Part shown: positions 22,193 to 30,518 of the stretch, in pieces | How the letters are laid out: each line of letters begins with the position of its first letter | How positions within the stretch are numbered: position 1 is the first letter of the stretch | Position numbers and translations under genes: made by a program | Source: a virus | Reading direction: 5' to 3' (one strand) | Virus record (IMG/VR): IMGVR_UViG_3300029245_000035 | Span: 1 to 35,085 of that record | DNA: 35,085 nucleotides | The notes under the pieces: generated by a model | Told to the model about the DNA's origin: nothing | Databases searched by the model: none | What the model saw: the letters and a program-made list of their open reading frames with translations, nothing else

Positions 22193-22280
22193 GCGCTGCA
22201 CCTCCTTTTGTTCTGCCTCTATCGTACCGCGGTTTTCGGCTTGAGAACTGCCCGCGTTCTGCCCTCAAACTGCCCTGTCC

Positions 22281-22319
22281 ATAAAAAAAACAAGAGCGCC
22301 GACTAATCGTCGGTGCTCT
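22281..22319 (-). terminator. Rho-independent terminator after the sigma-like gene
   Basis: On the minus strand: AGAGCACCGAC-gatta-GTCGGCGCTCT followed by TGTTTTTTTTAT. Confidence 0.7.
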
Positions 22320-22551
22320 CGTTTTGTCCGTCTGCGATTTTGTGATAGGCGCGGCGGCGCAGCTTGGCGAGGCCGTCCACGCTGAGGTGGAGCAGCTCCG
22401 CCGCCTGCACGCAGGACCGCCCGCGCACGTCGCACTCGATGAGGCTCGCGGCCTCGTCGGGCGGCAGGTCGAAGGAACGAATGTAGGAAATGGCTCTGCG
22501 CGGAGCCATCGCGGAAAGTTGAGCGCGGATCTCTCTGTGCTGTGTGTCCAT
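22303..22551 (-). CDS. Small sigma-70 region-4-like HTH protein (82 aa)
   Basis: LPPDEAASLIECDVRGRSCVQAAELLHLSVDGLAKLRRRAYHKI. ATG 22551, with a weak SD sequence. Confidence 0.55.
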   Translation of the reverse strand: MDTQHREIRAQLSAMAPRRAISYIRSFDLPPDEAASLIECDVRGRSCVQAAELLHLSVDGLAKLRRRAYHKIADGQNESTDD

Positions 22552-22621
22552 AGAGGCACCACGGCTTGCAGGCGCCCACGCGAGGGGAAGTGTTGCAGAC
22601 TTCCCACCGGTTTTCCTTTCC

Positions 22622-22638
22622 GTGCCCGAATCGGGCAC
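22622..22638. repeat. 17-bp palindrome GTGCCCGAATCGGGCAC (perfect copy, intergenic)
   Basis: Read directly. Lies 4 nt beyond the endolysin stop. Confidence 0.95.
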
Positions 22639-22641
22639 AAA

Positions 22642-23304
22642 TCATTTTAGGGCCTTGAGGATGTACGCGGCGAGATATTCCCCCCACGCCCTTTGCGTCG
22701 CGGGGCCGAACGAGTTATCCACATCTATCGCATAGCCGCAGGCGGTGAGGAGCTCTTGCAGCTTCCCGACCGCCGCGCCCTTGTCGCCGCGCGTGAGCAC
22801 GGTCTTGTCCGCAGGGTATTTCGGCACGCCGAAGCCGCGGATATACCGCCCGTTCACGGGGAGGACGCGATAAGCGCACTCGTGGGTTTTGCCCTTGTTC
22901 CCCTCGAACACCGTAAAGCTCTGCCCGTCGCAGGCGGTCACAATGCCCGTGTGGTTGGGCGCGCCCGCGCAGTCCGTGAAGGCGTAGTCCTTGCGGTCGT
23001 TCCAGCAGTAGAATACCTGCTCGCCGATTTGGGGGACGTGCGCGTCGTCCTCGATCCATTGGCCGCGCGATTGATACCAGCGCATTTGCTCGCCGCAGCT
23101 GCACTCAATGGGAATGAACTCCGTCAGGCCGCAGAGGATCGCCGCCGCGGACACCATCGCCGCGCAGTAGTCGTCGGTGTAGGTCAGCTTGTGGCCGCGC
23201 GGGTGCGGGAGATAGCTGTTGTAGGCGTCTACAATGCTTTTATGCACCGCGTCGCCGCGCACAGCGCCTTCCCACGCGGTCAGGGTCTCAAGAAACCTCT
23301 TCAT
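22642..23304 (-). CDS. Endolysin: CHAP/NlpC-P60-like cysteine peptidase plus peptidoglycan-binding domain
   Basis: DDYCAAMVSAAA (Cys), NHTGIVTACDGQSFTVFEGN (His / EGN). C-terminal LTRGDKGAAVGKLQELLTACGYAIDVDNSFGPATQRA. Confidence 0.8.
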   Translation of the reverse strand: MKRFLETLTAWEGAVRGDAVHKSIVDAYNSYLPHPRGHKLTYTDDYCAAMVSAAAILCGLTEFIPIECSCGEQMRWYQSRGQWIEDDAHVPQIGEQVFYCWNDRKDYAFTDCAGAPNHTGIVTACDGQSFTVFEGNKGKTHECAYRVLPVNGRYIRGFGVPKYPADKTVLTRGDKGAAVGKLQELLTACGYAIDVDNSFGPATQRAWGEYLAAYILKALK

Positions 23305-23476
23305 TTTTGCGCTTCTCGGTCTGCGTGCCGAAGTAGAAGGCGATGATGGTCGTGAATATCGTCAGAAACTCCGTCCCGCTGATGCTGCCGCGCAGGGCAA
23401 GCACCGAGAAAACCGCCGTGAGCACGATGGTCACAATGCTCTTGACTGTGAGCAGATTGGCAAGTCGATTTTGCAT
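23288..23476 (-). CDS. Holin (two TM segments, charged C-terminus)
   Basis: IVTIVLTAVFSVLAL and FLTIFTTIIAFYFG, then the tail TQTEKRKNEEVS. AAAGGAGG SD sequence. Overlaps the endolysin start. Confidence 0.75.
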   Translation of the reverse strand: MQNRLANLLTVKSIVTIVLTAVFSVLALRGSISGTEFLTIFTTIIAFYFGTQTEKRKNEEVS

Positions 23477-23487
23477 TTTTGCCTCCT

Positions 23488-24195
23488 TTACAAAAACCGC
23501 ACGGCATAAAATTGCCGCGTCTGTGTGTTGATCTTGTTACACGCACCGTTGATGGCGGCGACGTGCCCGCCGTCGAGCATGACGGCGCTGGTGAGCTTGA
23601 GCTTGTCCCGGCACAGTGCGTTGACCTGCTGCGCGGTCATGCTGCGGCAGTAGACGCCGTAGAGCATCCCGCCCTTGTAGCCGAGGACGGTGTGGTTGGT
23701 CTTGCGCAGCACGTCGGAGTATGCCCCCGTGAAGCCCTCTGCGGCAGGGTTATAATTGCCGAGCAATCCCATACCCCCGACCGCCCAAACGGCATCTCCC
23801 AGCGCCGCCGCCGAGGAGACGCGGGCAATGCGCACCGCGCCGTCCCGCGTCTTATAAAGCACGCTCTCGGGGCGAGGATAGTGACAGCTCCAGTCGCGCA
23901 CGACCTTGCCGCCGCGCACGAGGATGGAGCAGGGCTGACCCTGCCAAGAAAAGCTCCCCGAGATCGCATTCTCCGGCAGCCGTCCGCTTAGGTTGAGCGG
24001 GTCAATGTCTCGCGCGAGGATGCAGGGCTGTCCGTACAGCTCGACGTTGAGCGGAAAGCAGTCCGCGCCGAGCTTGGCCGCGATGTCGCTCAGTGTCTGG
24101 TTGCCGATCCAGCCGTTGTCCAGCGCCCCGACGGAGCGCTGGATGGCCTTTATCATGCGCACCTCCTCCGAGGTGGAGCCTTTGATGTCCCTCAT
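23488..24195 (-). CDS. Phosphodiester-glycosidase-like (NAGPA/DUF2233-type) protein with N-terminal PG-binding-like segment
   Basis: ...VWAVGGMGLLGNY...RKTNHTVLGYKGGMLYGVY...AVMLDGGHVAAIN. ATG 24195 forms an ATGA overlap with the upstream stop. Confidence 0.5.
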   Translation of the reverse strand: MRDIKGSTSEEVRMIKAIQRSVGALDNGWIGNQTLSDIAAKLGADCFPLNVELYGQPCILARDIDPLNLSGRLPENAISGSFSWQGQPCSILVRGGKVVRDWSCHYPRPESVLYKTRDGAVRIARVSSAAALGDAVWAVGGMGLLGNYNPAAEGFTGAYSDVLRKTNHTVLGYKGGMLYGVYCRSMTAQQVNALCRDKLKLTSAVMLDGGHVAAINGACNKINTQTRQFYAVRFL

Positions 24196-24482
24196 ACCGC
24201 GCCCCCTGTCAAAAGCCACGCCATGAACGCGCCCACGACGGTCGCGATCATCAGCTCCACGACCTTCTCCCAGCGTTTGGACGGCACGGCAGTCAGGCTC
24301 CGCACATTGGCCTTGATCTCGCCGATGTCCTCCTTCATGTTCGTCTGGTCGGTCGCCAGCTCTTTGACCGACAGCGCCAATTCATTCAGCGCCCGCTGAT
24401 CTACCTCTAACTGCTTGATGCGCCCCTCGTTGCGGAGCGAGCGGTCCTTGACCTCCTGCAGCTTCACAGCCAAATCTTCCAT
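24192..24482 (-). CDS. xhlA: XhlA-like (haemolysin XhlA family) lysis-associated membrane protein
   Basis: N-terminal coiled coil (LQEVKDRSLRNEGRIKQLEVDQ...) and a C-terminal TM segment, VVELMIATVVGAFMAWLLTGG. Confidence 0.68.
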   Translation of the reverse strand: MEDLAVKLQEVKDRSLRNEGRIKQLEVDQRALNELALSVKELATDQTNMKEDIGEIKANVRSLTAVPSKRWEKVVELMIATVVGAFMAWLLTGGAV

Positions 24483-24534
24483 AGGCGTTGTCTCTCTTTC
24501 CTTAGGATAGAGCGGGGGATATTCCCCGCTCTGT

Positions 24535-24792
24535 TTACTTGTTCAGCTCCGCGAGCTTTTCCGCGACGTCCTCGGGGATGGCGCAGGTCGTCATCTTGAC
24601 GCAGTAGCCGTCCTCGTCGTAGGTGAGCTTATAGCACGGGGCGACATAGATCTCCGTGCCGGCGCGGGAAAGGTCGCGTGCCATGACGGGCTGCACGATG
24701 CTGTTCTTGATACCCGAGTTTTCGCTCAGGCCCGCGGGGATGTCCGTGACCTTGATGGGCTTGCCGTCAGAGGCGATACGAGTAGTAGTCAT
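24535..24792 (-). CDS. Hypothetical protein (85 aa)
   Basis: The ATG follows AAAAGGAGAAC. Confidence 0.55.
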   Translation of the reverse strand: MTTTRIASDGKPIKVTDIPAGLSENSGIKNSIVQPVMARDLSRAGTEIYVAPCYKLTYDEDGYCVKMTTCAIPEDVAEKLAELNK

Positions 24793-24818
24793 AGTTTTGT
24801 TCTCCTTTTGTTTGAAAT

Positions 24819-24956
24819 TTATTTGTCATCGGCGTATTTTTTGCCGGTGATCTCTTCATAGTCCTGCGCGCTGAGGATGCCCTTTTTCACGGCGCTGCAC
24901 ACCATGCCGGCTGTCCACAGTCCTTGCGCGTACCATCTTGCGATTTTCTCCTTCAT
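24819..24956 (-). CDS. xkdX: XkdX-family small phage protein (45 aa)
   Basis: My own translation is MKEKIARWYAQGLWTAGMVCSAVKKGILSAQDYEEITGKKYADDK (the YxxGLWT...KG.I...Y.EITG pattern). Below the ORF-track cut-off. Confidence 0.65.
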   Translation of the reverse strand: MKEKIARWYAQGLWTAGMVCSAVKKGILSAQDYEEITGKKYADDK

Positions 24957-24957
24957 C

Positions 24958-25227
24958 TCAGCCCTCCATCAGCGTGTCGGTCATCATGGCCGTGTAGGTC
25001 GCCTGCGCGTCGAGGCGGTCGTTTTGTTTCTCCAGCGCCGCGATGCGTTCGTCCGTGGTGGGGGGCTCCGGCTCTGGCTTTGGTTCAGGCTCCGGCATGG
25101 TTCCGGGTGTCCAGCTTGTCACGGTCATAACGCCGTTGAATTCCTCTGTGGTCACTTCGCCAAACGGGAAATTGGGCGTTTCCATCGTTTCAGGAATGAC
25201 CGCCCAGCCGTCAGGAATAATAGGCAT
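24958..25227 (-). CDS. Hypothetical protein in the XkdW position (89 aa)
   Basis: PEPEPKPEPEPP linker and a C-terminal ERIAALEKQNDRLDAQATYTAMMTDTL. The first ATG lacks an SD sequence. An AAGGAG lies 70 nt upstream, in frame and after a TGA (see findings). Confidence 0.55.
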   Translation of the reverse strand: MPIIPDGWAVIPETMETPNFPFGEVTTEEFNGVMTVTSWTPGTMPEPEPKPEPEPPTTDERIAALEKQNDRLDAQATYTAMMTDTLMEG

Positions 25228-25302
25228 GTTGCTTGTCTGGTTTCTGTGCGCTCCGTTTTCCAGAGCAGCGATTTCAATGATTTTCGTAGTATGTCACTCC
25301 TT

Positions 25303-26322
25303 TCAGCCGATGACAAAATATCTGTAGGTTACACCGGATTCATTCAGCTGTCCACCCGCAGTATTAGAGGACGTGTACCAAAAAAAGGTGTTGCCGCTTA
25401 CGGACACTTCTTGCACGTAATCTGTATTGCCACTACGCGTAGAGCATTTATTTTGCCCTTTTACATAGAAGATAGAGTCATCCCATGCAGCAGAGCTAGC
25501 GGACGGCCTTAAACCATAGCTACTGGAAGGACTAGAGGTGCGCCAGATTATAACCATTTTAGGCTCAAAATCAAATGTCAAACTGTTCGGATTGCTGCTT
25601 CCATAGGTGCCTGTGCCTGTGTAGCGGCCAGTTGCAATCTGCGTCGTTATGCCTACCTGTCCCTGTGCTATGTAGGTATATCCGTCGGATACAGCAGGAG
25701 GATATGCATTAGGGTCTGGGCTATTTACGTAGCCATAGGATGTTGCAACAGTTTCAATGTATGCATCCGTATATGTAACGCGAGCGGACAAGCCCCAGCC
25801 GTACGGAGTTTCAACAACAGAAGCAGTAACCGGCATTTTACTTAATATTGTCCCCGATGTGGCTTTGACAATAAAGTATTTGCCTTTAAGGACATCTAGC
25901 GATGTTATATTTCTGGGGGGCGGCGTTACCGTACTTGGATTTGTCAGCACAAAATCAGAACCCGATACTGTGAAAGAATCAGAGTAATAGACAGGCGTAT
26001 TAAACTGACCAAGCGTTTGATTAGGAGCCGCTTGGTCTTGTTCTGTGTAACGCGGCACATCTTCTGGTGTCGTTTTCTCCCACAAATACTCATTGCCCAG
26101 TCCCTTTTGGAAGCGGCTCAACAGGGAGAATGCATCGTCCGGCACGGCATCAGCGCTGAGTCCGTACAGCGCCGCGGTGGTGTCCTTGAGCAGCGTTGCC
26201 TTATTCAGCGGCGTGCCCTCCTGCAAGGGCCGGTCGGCTCGCTCCATGTCATAAGTGTTTGCCAGCCCATATACGGGTGTCAGTGTTACCCGCCCAGGGT
26301 AAGTAGGCTCTCTGTCATGCAT
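25303..26322 (-). CDS. Tail fibre / receptor-binding protein
   Basis: Conserved-looking N-terminus: TYPGRVTLTPV...RADRPLQEGTPLNKATLL. Ser/Thr/Gly/Tyr-rich distal part. Last structural gene before the xkdW/X-like genes. Confidence 0.7.
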   Translation of the reverse strand: MHDREPTYPGRVTLTPVYGLANTYDMERADRPLQEGTPLNKATLLKDTTAALYGLSADAVPDDAFSLLSRFQKGLGNEYLWEKTTPEDVPRYTEQDQAAPNQTLGQFNTPVYYSDSFTVSGSDFVLTNPSTVTPPPRNITSLDVLKGKYFIVKATSGTILSKMPVTASVVETPYGWGLSARVTYTDAYIETVATSYGYVNSPDPNAYPPAVSDGYTYIAQGQVGITTQIATGRYTGTGTYGSSNPNSLTFDFEPKMVIIWRTSSPSSSYGLRPSASSAAWDDSIFYVKGQNKCSTRSGNTDYVQEVSVSGNTFFWYTSSNTAGGQLNESGVTYRYFVIG

Positions 26323-26337
26323 TGTATTGCTCTCCTT

Positions 26338-26952
26338 TCATACCTCGCCGGCGTACAGCTCGCCGGAGAAGTACCACGATTTGGTGATGTTGTCAATGAG
26401 CGCATTGAGGTCGAGCAAAATCTGCTCGATGTCGTTTGCCTTGACGTAGTTCAGCCCCGCCATGCTCGCCGGGGCCTCCGGTGTGGACTGCATGACCGCG
26501 ATCTGGCTCCGCAGCGTGACGATGTTCTGTCGGTATGCTTCCATCTGCGAGGCGGTCGGCGCGTCGCTCGTCAGCCAGTCCTTTTTAACCGTCACGGGGC
26601 AGTCGTAGCCGAGCGCCGCGAAGCGGCCCGCGATGTACTCCACCGCCGCGCCCACGCGGTTGAGGTCAGAGGCATTGTAAAAGCCCTTGTCGGTCTGATT
26701 CGCCACGTCCGCGCGCGTGCGGTCAGTGATGAGGCTCAAAAGGCCGTAGTAGAGCGTGAGCGCGTAGTTGGTGCTGACGCCCGCCGCGGTGACGGCGGTG
26801 AGGGCGACGGCGTAGGTGTCGTCCGCCGCCCGCTCGACCGTAGCCGTCCACGCGCCCTTGATGAGCGTCCAGGTGTAGGCCGTGCCGTTGACCGTGCCGC
26901 TCACATAGATGATCTCGCTCGGCAGCGAGACGCTCAGGACCTGCGCGCTCAT
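26338..26952 (-). CDS. Tail/baseplate-associated protein (204 aa)
   Basis: Assigned by position. Ends ...SWYFSGELYAGEV, a motif shared with the 27855-28025 product. Confidence 0.55.
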   Translation of the reverse strand: MSAQVLSVSLPSEIIYVSGTVNGTAYTWTLIKGAWTATVERAADDTYAVALTAVTAAGVSTNYALTLYYGLLSLITDRTRADVANQTDKGFYNASDLNRVGAAVEYIAGRFAALGYDCPVTVKKDWLTSDAPTASQMEAYRQNIVTLRSQIAVMQSTPEAPASMAGLNYVKANDIEQILLDLNALIDNITKSWYFSGELYAGEV

Positions 26953-27851
26953 TCGATCTCCACCGCGATGACCATTGTCGCGCCCGCGTCGACCGGGTTG
27001 GGCGTGATGGTCGCCGACTTGATGACCGGCACCGAGGTGTCAAGCGTCACATTGCGCGTGACCGTGGAGACCTTTCCCGCCGCGTCGGTCGCCGTAATGA
27101 CGATGGTATTCGCGCCCTCCGCCAGCGTGACGGCCTTGCTGAACGCGCCGCCCGCGCCGACCGTGACGCCGCCCTGATCCGCGCCGTTGAGCGTGATCTT
27201 GATCTCCACGGGAGAGGAGGTCGCGTCGTTGGTGATGCCGGCCACCGTGAGGCTCTGCGAGGCCGTAATGAGGTTGTCCGTCGGCGAGGTGATGTTGAGC
27301 GTCGGGGGCACGGTGTCGACCGTGTAGGTGGTGGACTTCTGCGCCGCGGCGTTGCCGTCGTGGTCCTTGCAGTCGATGGTGACGGTGTGGCTGCCGTCGT
27401 CGAGGGCCGAGGCGGGCGTGTAAGTCACCTGGTAGCCGTTGGCGATGGCTGTGCTCGCGAGGGCCGAGGATGCGACGGCTGCGCCGTCCTGTTTGACCAC
27501 GAGCGTCGAGAGATCGACGCCGGAGCCGTCCGTCTCGTCCACAACGGTAAAAACTACCGGCTGCTTGCTGTTGCTGACATACGCCCCGGAGGATGGCGAT
27601 AGGATGGTGATGATCGGCGCGACCTTCTCCTTGACGTAGAGCTTTAATCCGTCAAGCGTCGAGGCGTCTGCCGAGCCGACGGTACCCGCGTCGTTGGTCG
27701 CATTGATTTGCACGTTGTAGTAGCCGCCGGACTGGTTGTAGGATGTTTTGCCCGGCGCGGTGATGGTGGCCTCATACTTGCCCGTCGCGCTGTTGAGCGC
27801 AAGGGTGTAGCTCTGACCGTTGATGATCGCTTGGACTGTTTGGATCGCCAT
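26949..27851 (-). CDS. Ig-like (Big-type) repeat tail protein
   Basis: Repeated beta-rich modules: ...PIITILSPSSGAYVSN..., DTVPPTLNITSPTDNLI..., DTSVPVIKSATITPNPVDAG. Confidence 0.65.
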   Translation of the reverse strand: MAIQTVQAIINGQSYTLALNSATGKYEATITAPGKTSYNQSGGYYNVQINATNDAGTVGSADASTLDGLKLYVKEKVAPIITILSPSSGAYVSNSKQPVVFTVVDETDGSGVDLSTLVVKQDGAAVASSALASTAIANGYQVTYTPASALDDGSHTVTIDCKDHDGNAAAQKSTTYTVDTVPPTLNITSPTDNLITASQSLTVAGITNDATSSPVEIKITLNGADQGGVTVGAGGAFSKAVTLAEGANTIVITATDAAGKVSTVTRNVTLDTSVPVIKSATITPNPVDAGATMVIAVEIE

Positions 27852-27854
27852 AGT

Positions 27855-28025
27855 TTAGACCTCCCCGGCGAATATTTCGCCGCTGTAGTATTTTGTCGGC
27901 TCGAGGTAGACGGTCTCCTCCGTCACGGTGACGGTAAGCCGGGTTTTGGTGTTTATGTCGGCGGGATTTGGAGCAAACGCTGCGGCAAGGATCCTCGGAA
28001 TCAATACTGGATAAGTCTCGCTCAT
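27855..28025 (-). CDS. Small tail-associated protein (56 aa)
   Basis: ATG 28025 forms an ATGA overlap with the Tal stop. Ends KYYSGEIFAGEV. Confidence 0.5.
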   Translation of the reverse strand: MSETYPVLIPRILAAAFAPNPADINTKTRLTVTVTEETVYLEPTKYYSGEIFAGEV

Positions 28026-30136
28026 GCGCTCTCCTCCTTGTCCCAGTACACCACCACGCAGCCGCTTGCGCCAATCGCGCCGGACGTACCCTTGCCAGGC
28101 TCCACGTCCACGATCCACCGGCTCCCTGCGGGGCTTCCGTCCGGGTGGTACTGTTTTTCCTTGTGCCGCTCGCCCTTATTTCCACCCCTGCCGCCCTTGC
28201 CGCCGTCGCCTGTGCCCGATTTGGGCACGGCCACGCCTGTGCGGGCGAAGCTGTCGCCGCTTTGGATGTCGGTGAACCCGTTCGGATAGCGTTTGCCGTT
28301 GGCGGAGGAGTATGCGCCAAAGGCGGAAGCCTCGCCGATGGTGATGGCAAAGGTCTGCTGCTCGTTGATCTGAATGGTATCCGCCCAAACAAGGCCGCCG
28401 AGACCGTCCGTGCCGTCCGCGCCCGCCGCGTCAAAGTCGCCGTCCGCGCCAGCCGTGCCGTCTCCGCCGTGCCCGACGCAGATGACGCGCAGCCGCGTTT
28501 TGCCCGCCGGGGCCGTCCACGATCCGCTCTCGGTAAAGACCGCGCGCTCGGTGTAGAGATACGAGCCGTCCGCCTGCAAGAGCTTGCTTTGGCAGCCCTG
28601 CAGCACGCCGTCCGAGAATTGAAACGTCTGGTAGATGCGCCGCGCCGTGGTCGCGCTGCTCTCGTCGAGCCACACGGTGTCCACGTCGCCGATCTCACTT
28701 GCGGGGTCGCCGCGCCCGGTCAGCTCCAGCTGATTGCCGCCGTAGCACGAGAGGATCAGCCGCGCCGCCGTGAGCACCTGCGCCTGCGTGTGCAGAAACG
28801 GGTTCTCGATGGTCACGGTCTTCTCGCTGCTCGTGGAGTTGCCCGAGACGACGTACTCCGTCCCGTCCGAGAGGTGGAAAATGAGCGACGCAAGGGACTG
28901 GTTGGCCTTCATGGTCGGGTAATTGACGAGGTTTTCCAGCGTGATCTTGCTGCCTTGATTCCACAGCGGTTCCACCGCAAGTTTGCCCGTCTCCGCGTCC
29001 GCGCGCGGCCATGTGCCGGTCGCCATGCAGGCCCAGCGCAGGATGTCGCCGCACTTCTTCCCGCTCACCGCGGCGCGGCTTGAGGCCGTGACCGCGAGGT
29101 CGGCATAGTCCGCGTCCACCGTGTAGCGGCTTGCAAAATTGGTGCCGAGCTGCGCGACGAGTGAGGCGATCCAGCCGGAGAGCGTGATAGGCAGCACCGT
29201 CGGCGCGAGGTACGCGCGGTCGGCGAGCAGCCCAATGATATCCACAAGGTCCCACTGCATCGTCAGGCCGTTGTCGCCGGTCTTCCAGCCGTCGGAGTAT
29301 TGATAGAAGACGCCCACGCGCTTATACTCCACCGTACCGTCCGCAAGCCGCACGCCGATGTAGGTCTCCACGCCCTGCCGCTCCTCGATGCTCTGGAACA
29401 GGCCCGACTTGCTCCGCGGCTCGAAGCGCCGCGAGAGGTTGTCCATCTTGAGCGTGCAGGTGCCGTAAGGCGGCGACAGGCAGCTCACGTCGCCCTGCTG
29501 TTTGCAGTCAAAGGCCGCGACGATGTCCTCCGTCCACTCCTCGTACACGCCCGGCAGGATCTCCACCACACGCATCCGGCGCGAGGGCAGGCTCCATTTG
29601 GTCACGGTCACGCGGATGGTGTCGGGCGTCTGCACGGTAAATCCCTCAAAGGCGACCGCGCTCGCCGTGTTGCCGGTGACGGTCTTGCTGTAAAAGGTCT
29701 GCCCGGCGCTCAGGACCTCCACCGTGAAGTCCTCGGCCACACCCTCCAGCGGGTCGGACGGGAAATAAACCGAGAATGCCTGCAGCACGCTGACGTCGGA
29801 GAACGTGATCGCCGCCCAGGCGGGGGAAGCAAAGCTTCCGTCCGCGCCGGAGAGCTGCGCGTCCGCGACGCCCATGTGCTCGCTCACCTGATAGTCGTCC
29901 GGGAAAATGTCGAAGGAGCCGTCCAGCAGCCAGCGGTCCTGCTCCAGCGTCGCGTAGCGGGCCGTCGTGAAGCGGTAGTCGTAGAGCTCCGCGGTCTTCG
30001 CCCAGGGCGCGAGGCTGTCCGCGCTGCCGCCGGTAAGCTGCATGTCCGGGTCGATGATGTGGATAACGGCCTTGAGCAGCACGCGCCGCGTGTCGCCGGT
30101 GATGGCGGCGAGATACGCCGCCGAGGACTCAATCAT
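28022..30136 (-). CDS. Tail-associated (Tal / prophage-tail-endopeptidase-like) protein with Gly-rich C-terminal domain
   Basis: 704 aa, downstream of TMP and Dit. C-terminus: GHGGDGTAGADGDFDAAGADGTDGLGG...GTGDGGKGGRGGNKG...GASGCVVVYW. Confidence 0.78.
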   Translation of the reverse strand: MIESSAAYLAAITGDTRRVLLKAVIHIIDPDMQLTGGSADSLAPWAKTAELYDYRFTTARYATLEQDRWLLDGSFDIFPDDYQVSEHMGVADAQLSGADGSFASPAWAAITFSDVSVLQAFSVYFPSDPLEGVAEDFTVEVLSAGQTFYSKTVTGNTASAVAFEGFTVQTPDTIRVTVTKWSLPSRRMRVVEILPGVYEEWTEDIVAAFDCKQQGDVSCLSPPYGTCTLKMDNLSRRFEPRSKSGLFQSIEERQGVETYIGVRLADGTVEYKRVGVFYQYSDGWKTGDNGLTMQWDLVDIIGLLADRAYLAPTVLPITLSGWIASLVAQLGTNFASRYTVDADYADLAVTASSRAAVSGKKCGDILRWACMATGTWPRADAETGKLAVEPLWNQGSKITLENLVNYPTMKANQSLASLIFHLSDGTEYVVSGNSTSSEKTVTIENPFLHTQAQVLTAARLILSCYGGNQLELTGRGDPASEIGDVDTVWLDESSATTARRIYQTFQFSDGVLQGCQSKLLQADGSYLYTERAVFTESGSWTAPAGKTRLRVICVGHGGDGTAGADGDFDAAGADGTDGLGGLVWADTIQINEQQTFAITIGEASAFGAYSSANGKRYPNGFTDIQSGDSFARTGVAVPKSGTGDGGKGGRGGNKGERHKEKQYHPDGSPAGSRWIVDVEPGKGTSGAIGASGCVVVYWDKEESA
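28212..28228. repeat. Palindrome near-copy GTGCCCGATTTGGGCAC (16/17)
   Basis: Read directly. Encodes VPKSGT in the Gly-rich tail of Tal. Confidence 0.85.
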
Positions 30137-30518
30137 GCGGCCTCACCTCCCGCAGCGTGAACCCCACGTTGTGCCAGCGCGGCACGCCGTGGGAGGTAAA
30201 CGCGAAAGTCGGGTCGGTCAGACTCTCGACGAGCACCTCCGCGCTGACGAGCTCGTCTCCGTTGTCGGGCAGGAAGGCTGCCGTGAACGGCGTGCCGGCG
30301 CGGAGGACCGCGAGCGCCGCGCGGCAGGTCGTGTCGTCGATGTAGTCGGCGCTGTAAGTGATGCGCCAGACCTTGCCGCGCTCCTCGCTCACGACGCGGC
30401 CGGAGATCATCTCGACCTGCCGGCTGAGCGTCGCCGGATGCGCGCTGTAGCGGTCGCCGGAGACGTAGGGCAGCGCCACGCCGTCCAGGATAAGCTGTGT
30501 CGTCCGTACTTTCTTCAT
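30129..30518 (-). CDS. Distal-tail-protein-position protein (129 aa)
   Basis: Lies between TMP and Tal, with overlapping starts and stops. Assigned by synteny only. Confidence 0.5.
   Translation of the reverse strand: MKKVRTTQLILDGVALPYVSGDRYSAHPATLSRQVEMISGRVVSEERGKVWRITYSADYIDDTTCRAALAVLRAGTPFTAAFLPDNGDELVSAEVLVESLTDPTFAFTSHGVPRWHNVGFTLREVRPHD

Noticed and set aside
22098-22687. ORFs 22098-22640 and 22265-22687
   Set aside because: They cross the intrinsic terminator and two intergenic regions. Their composition is basic and low-complexity.
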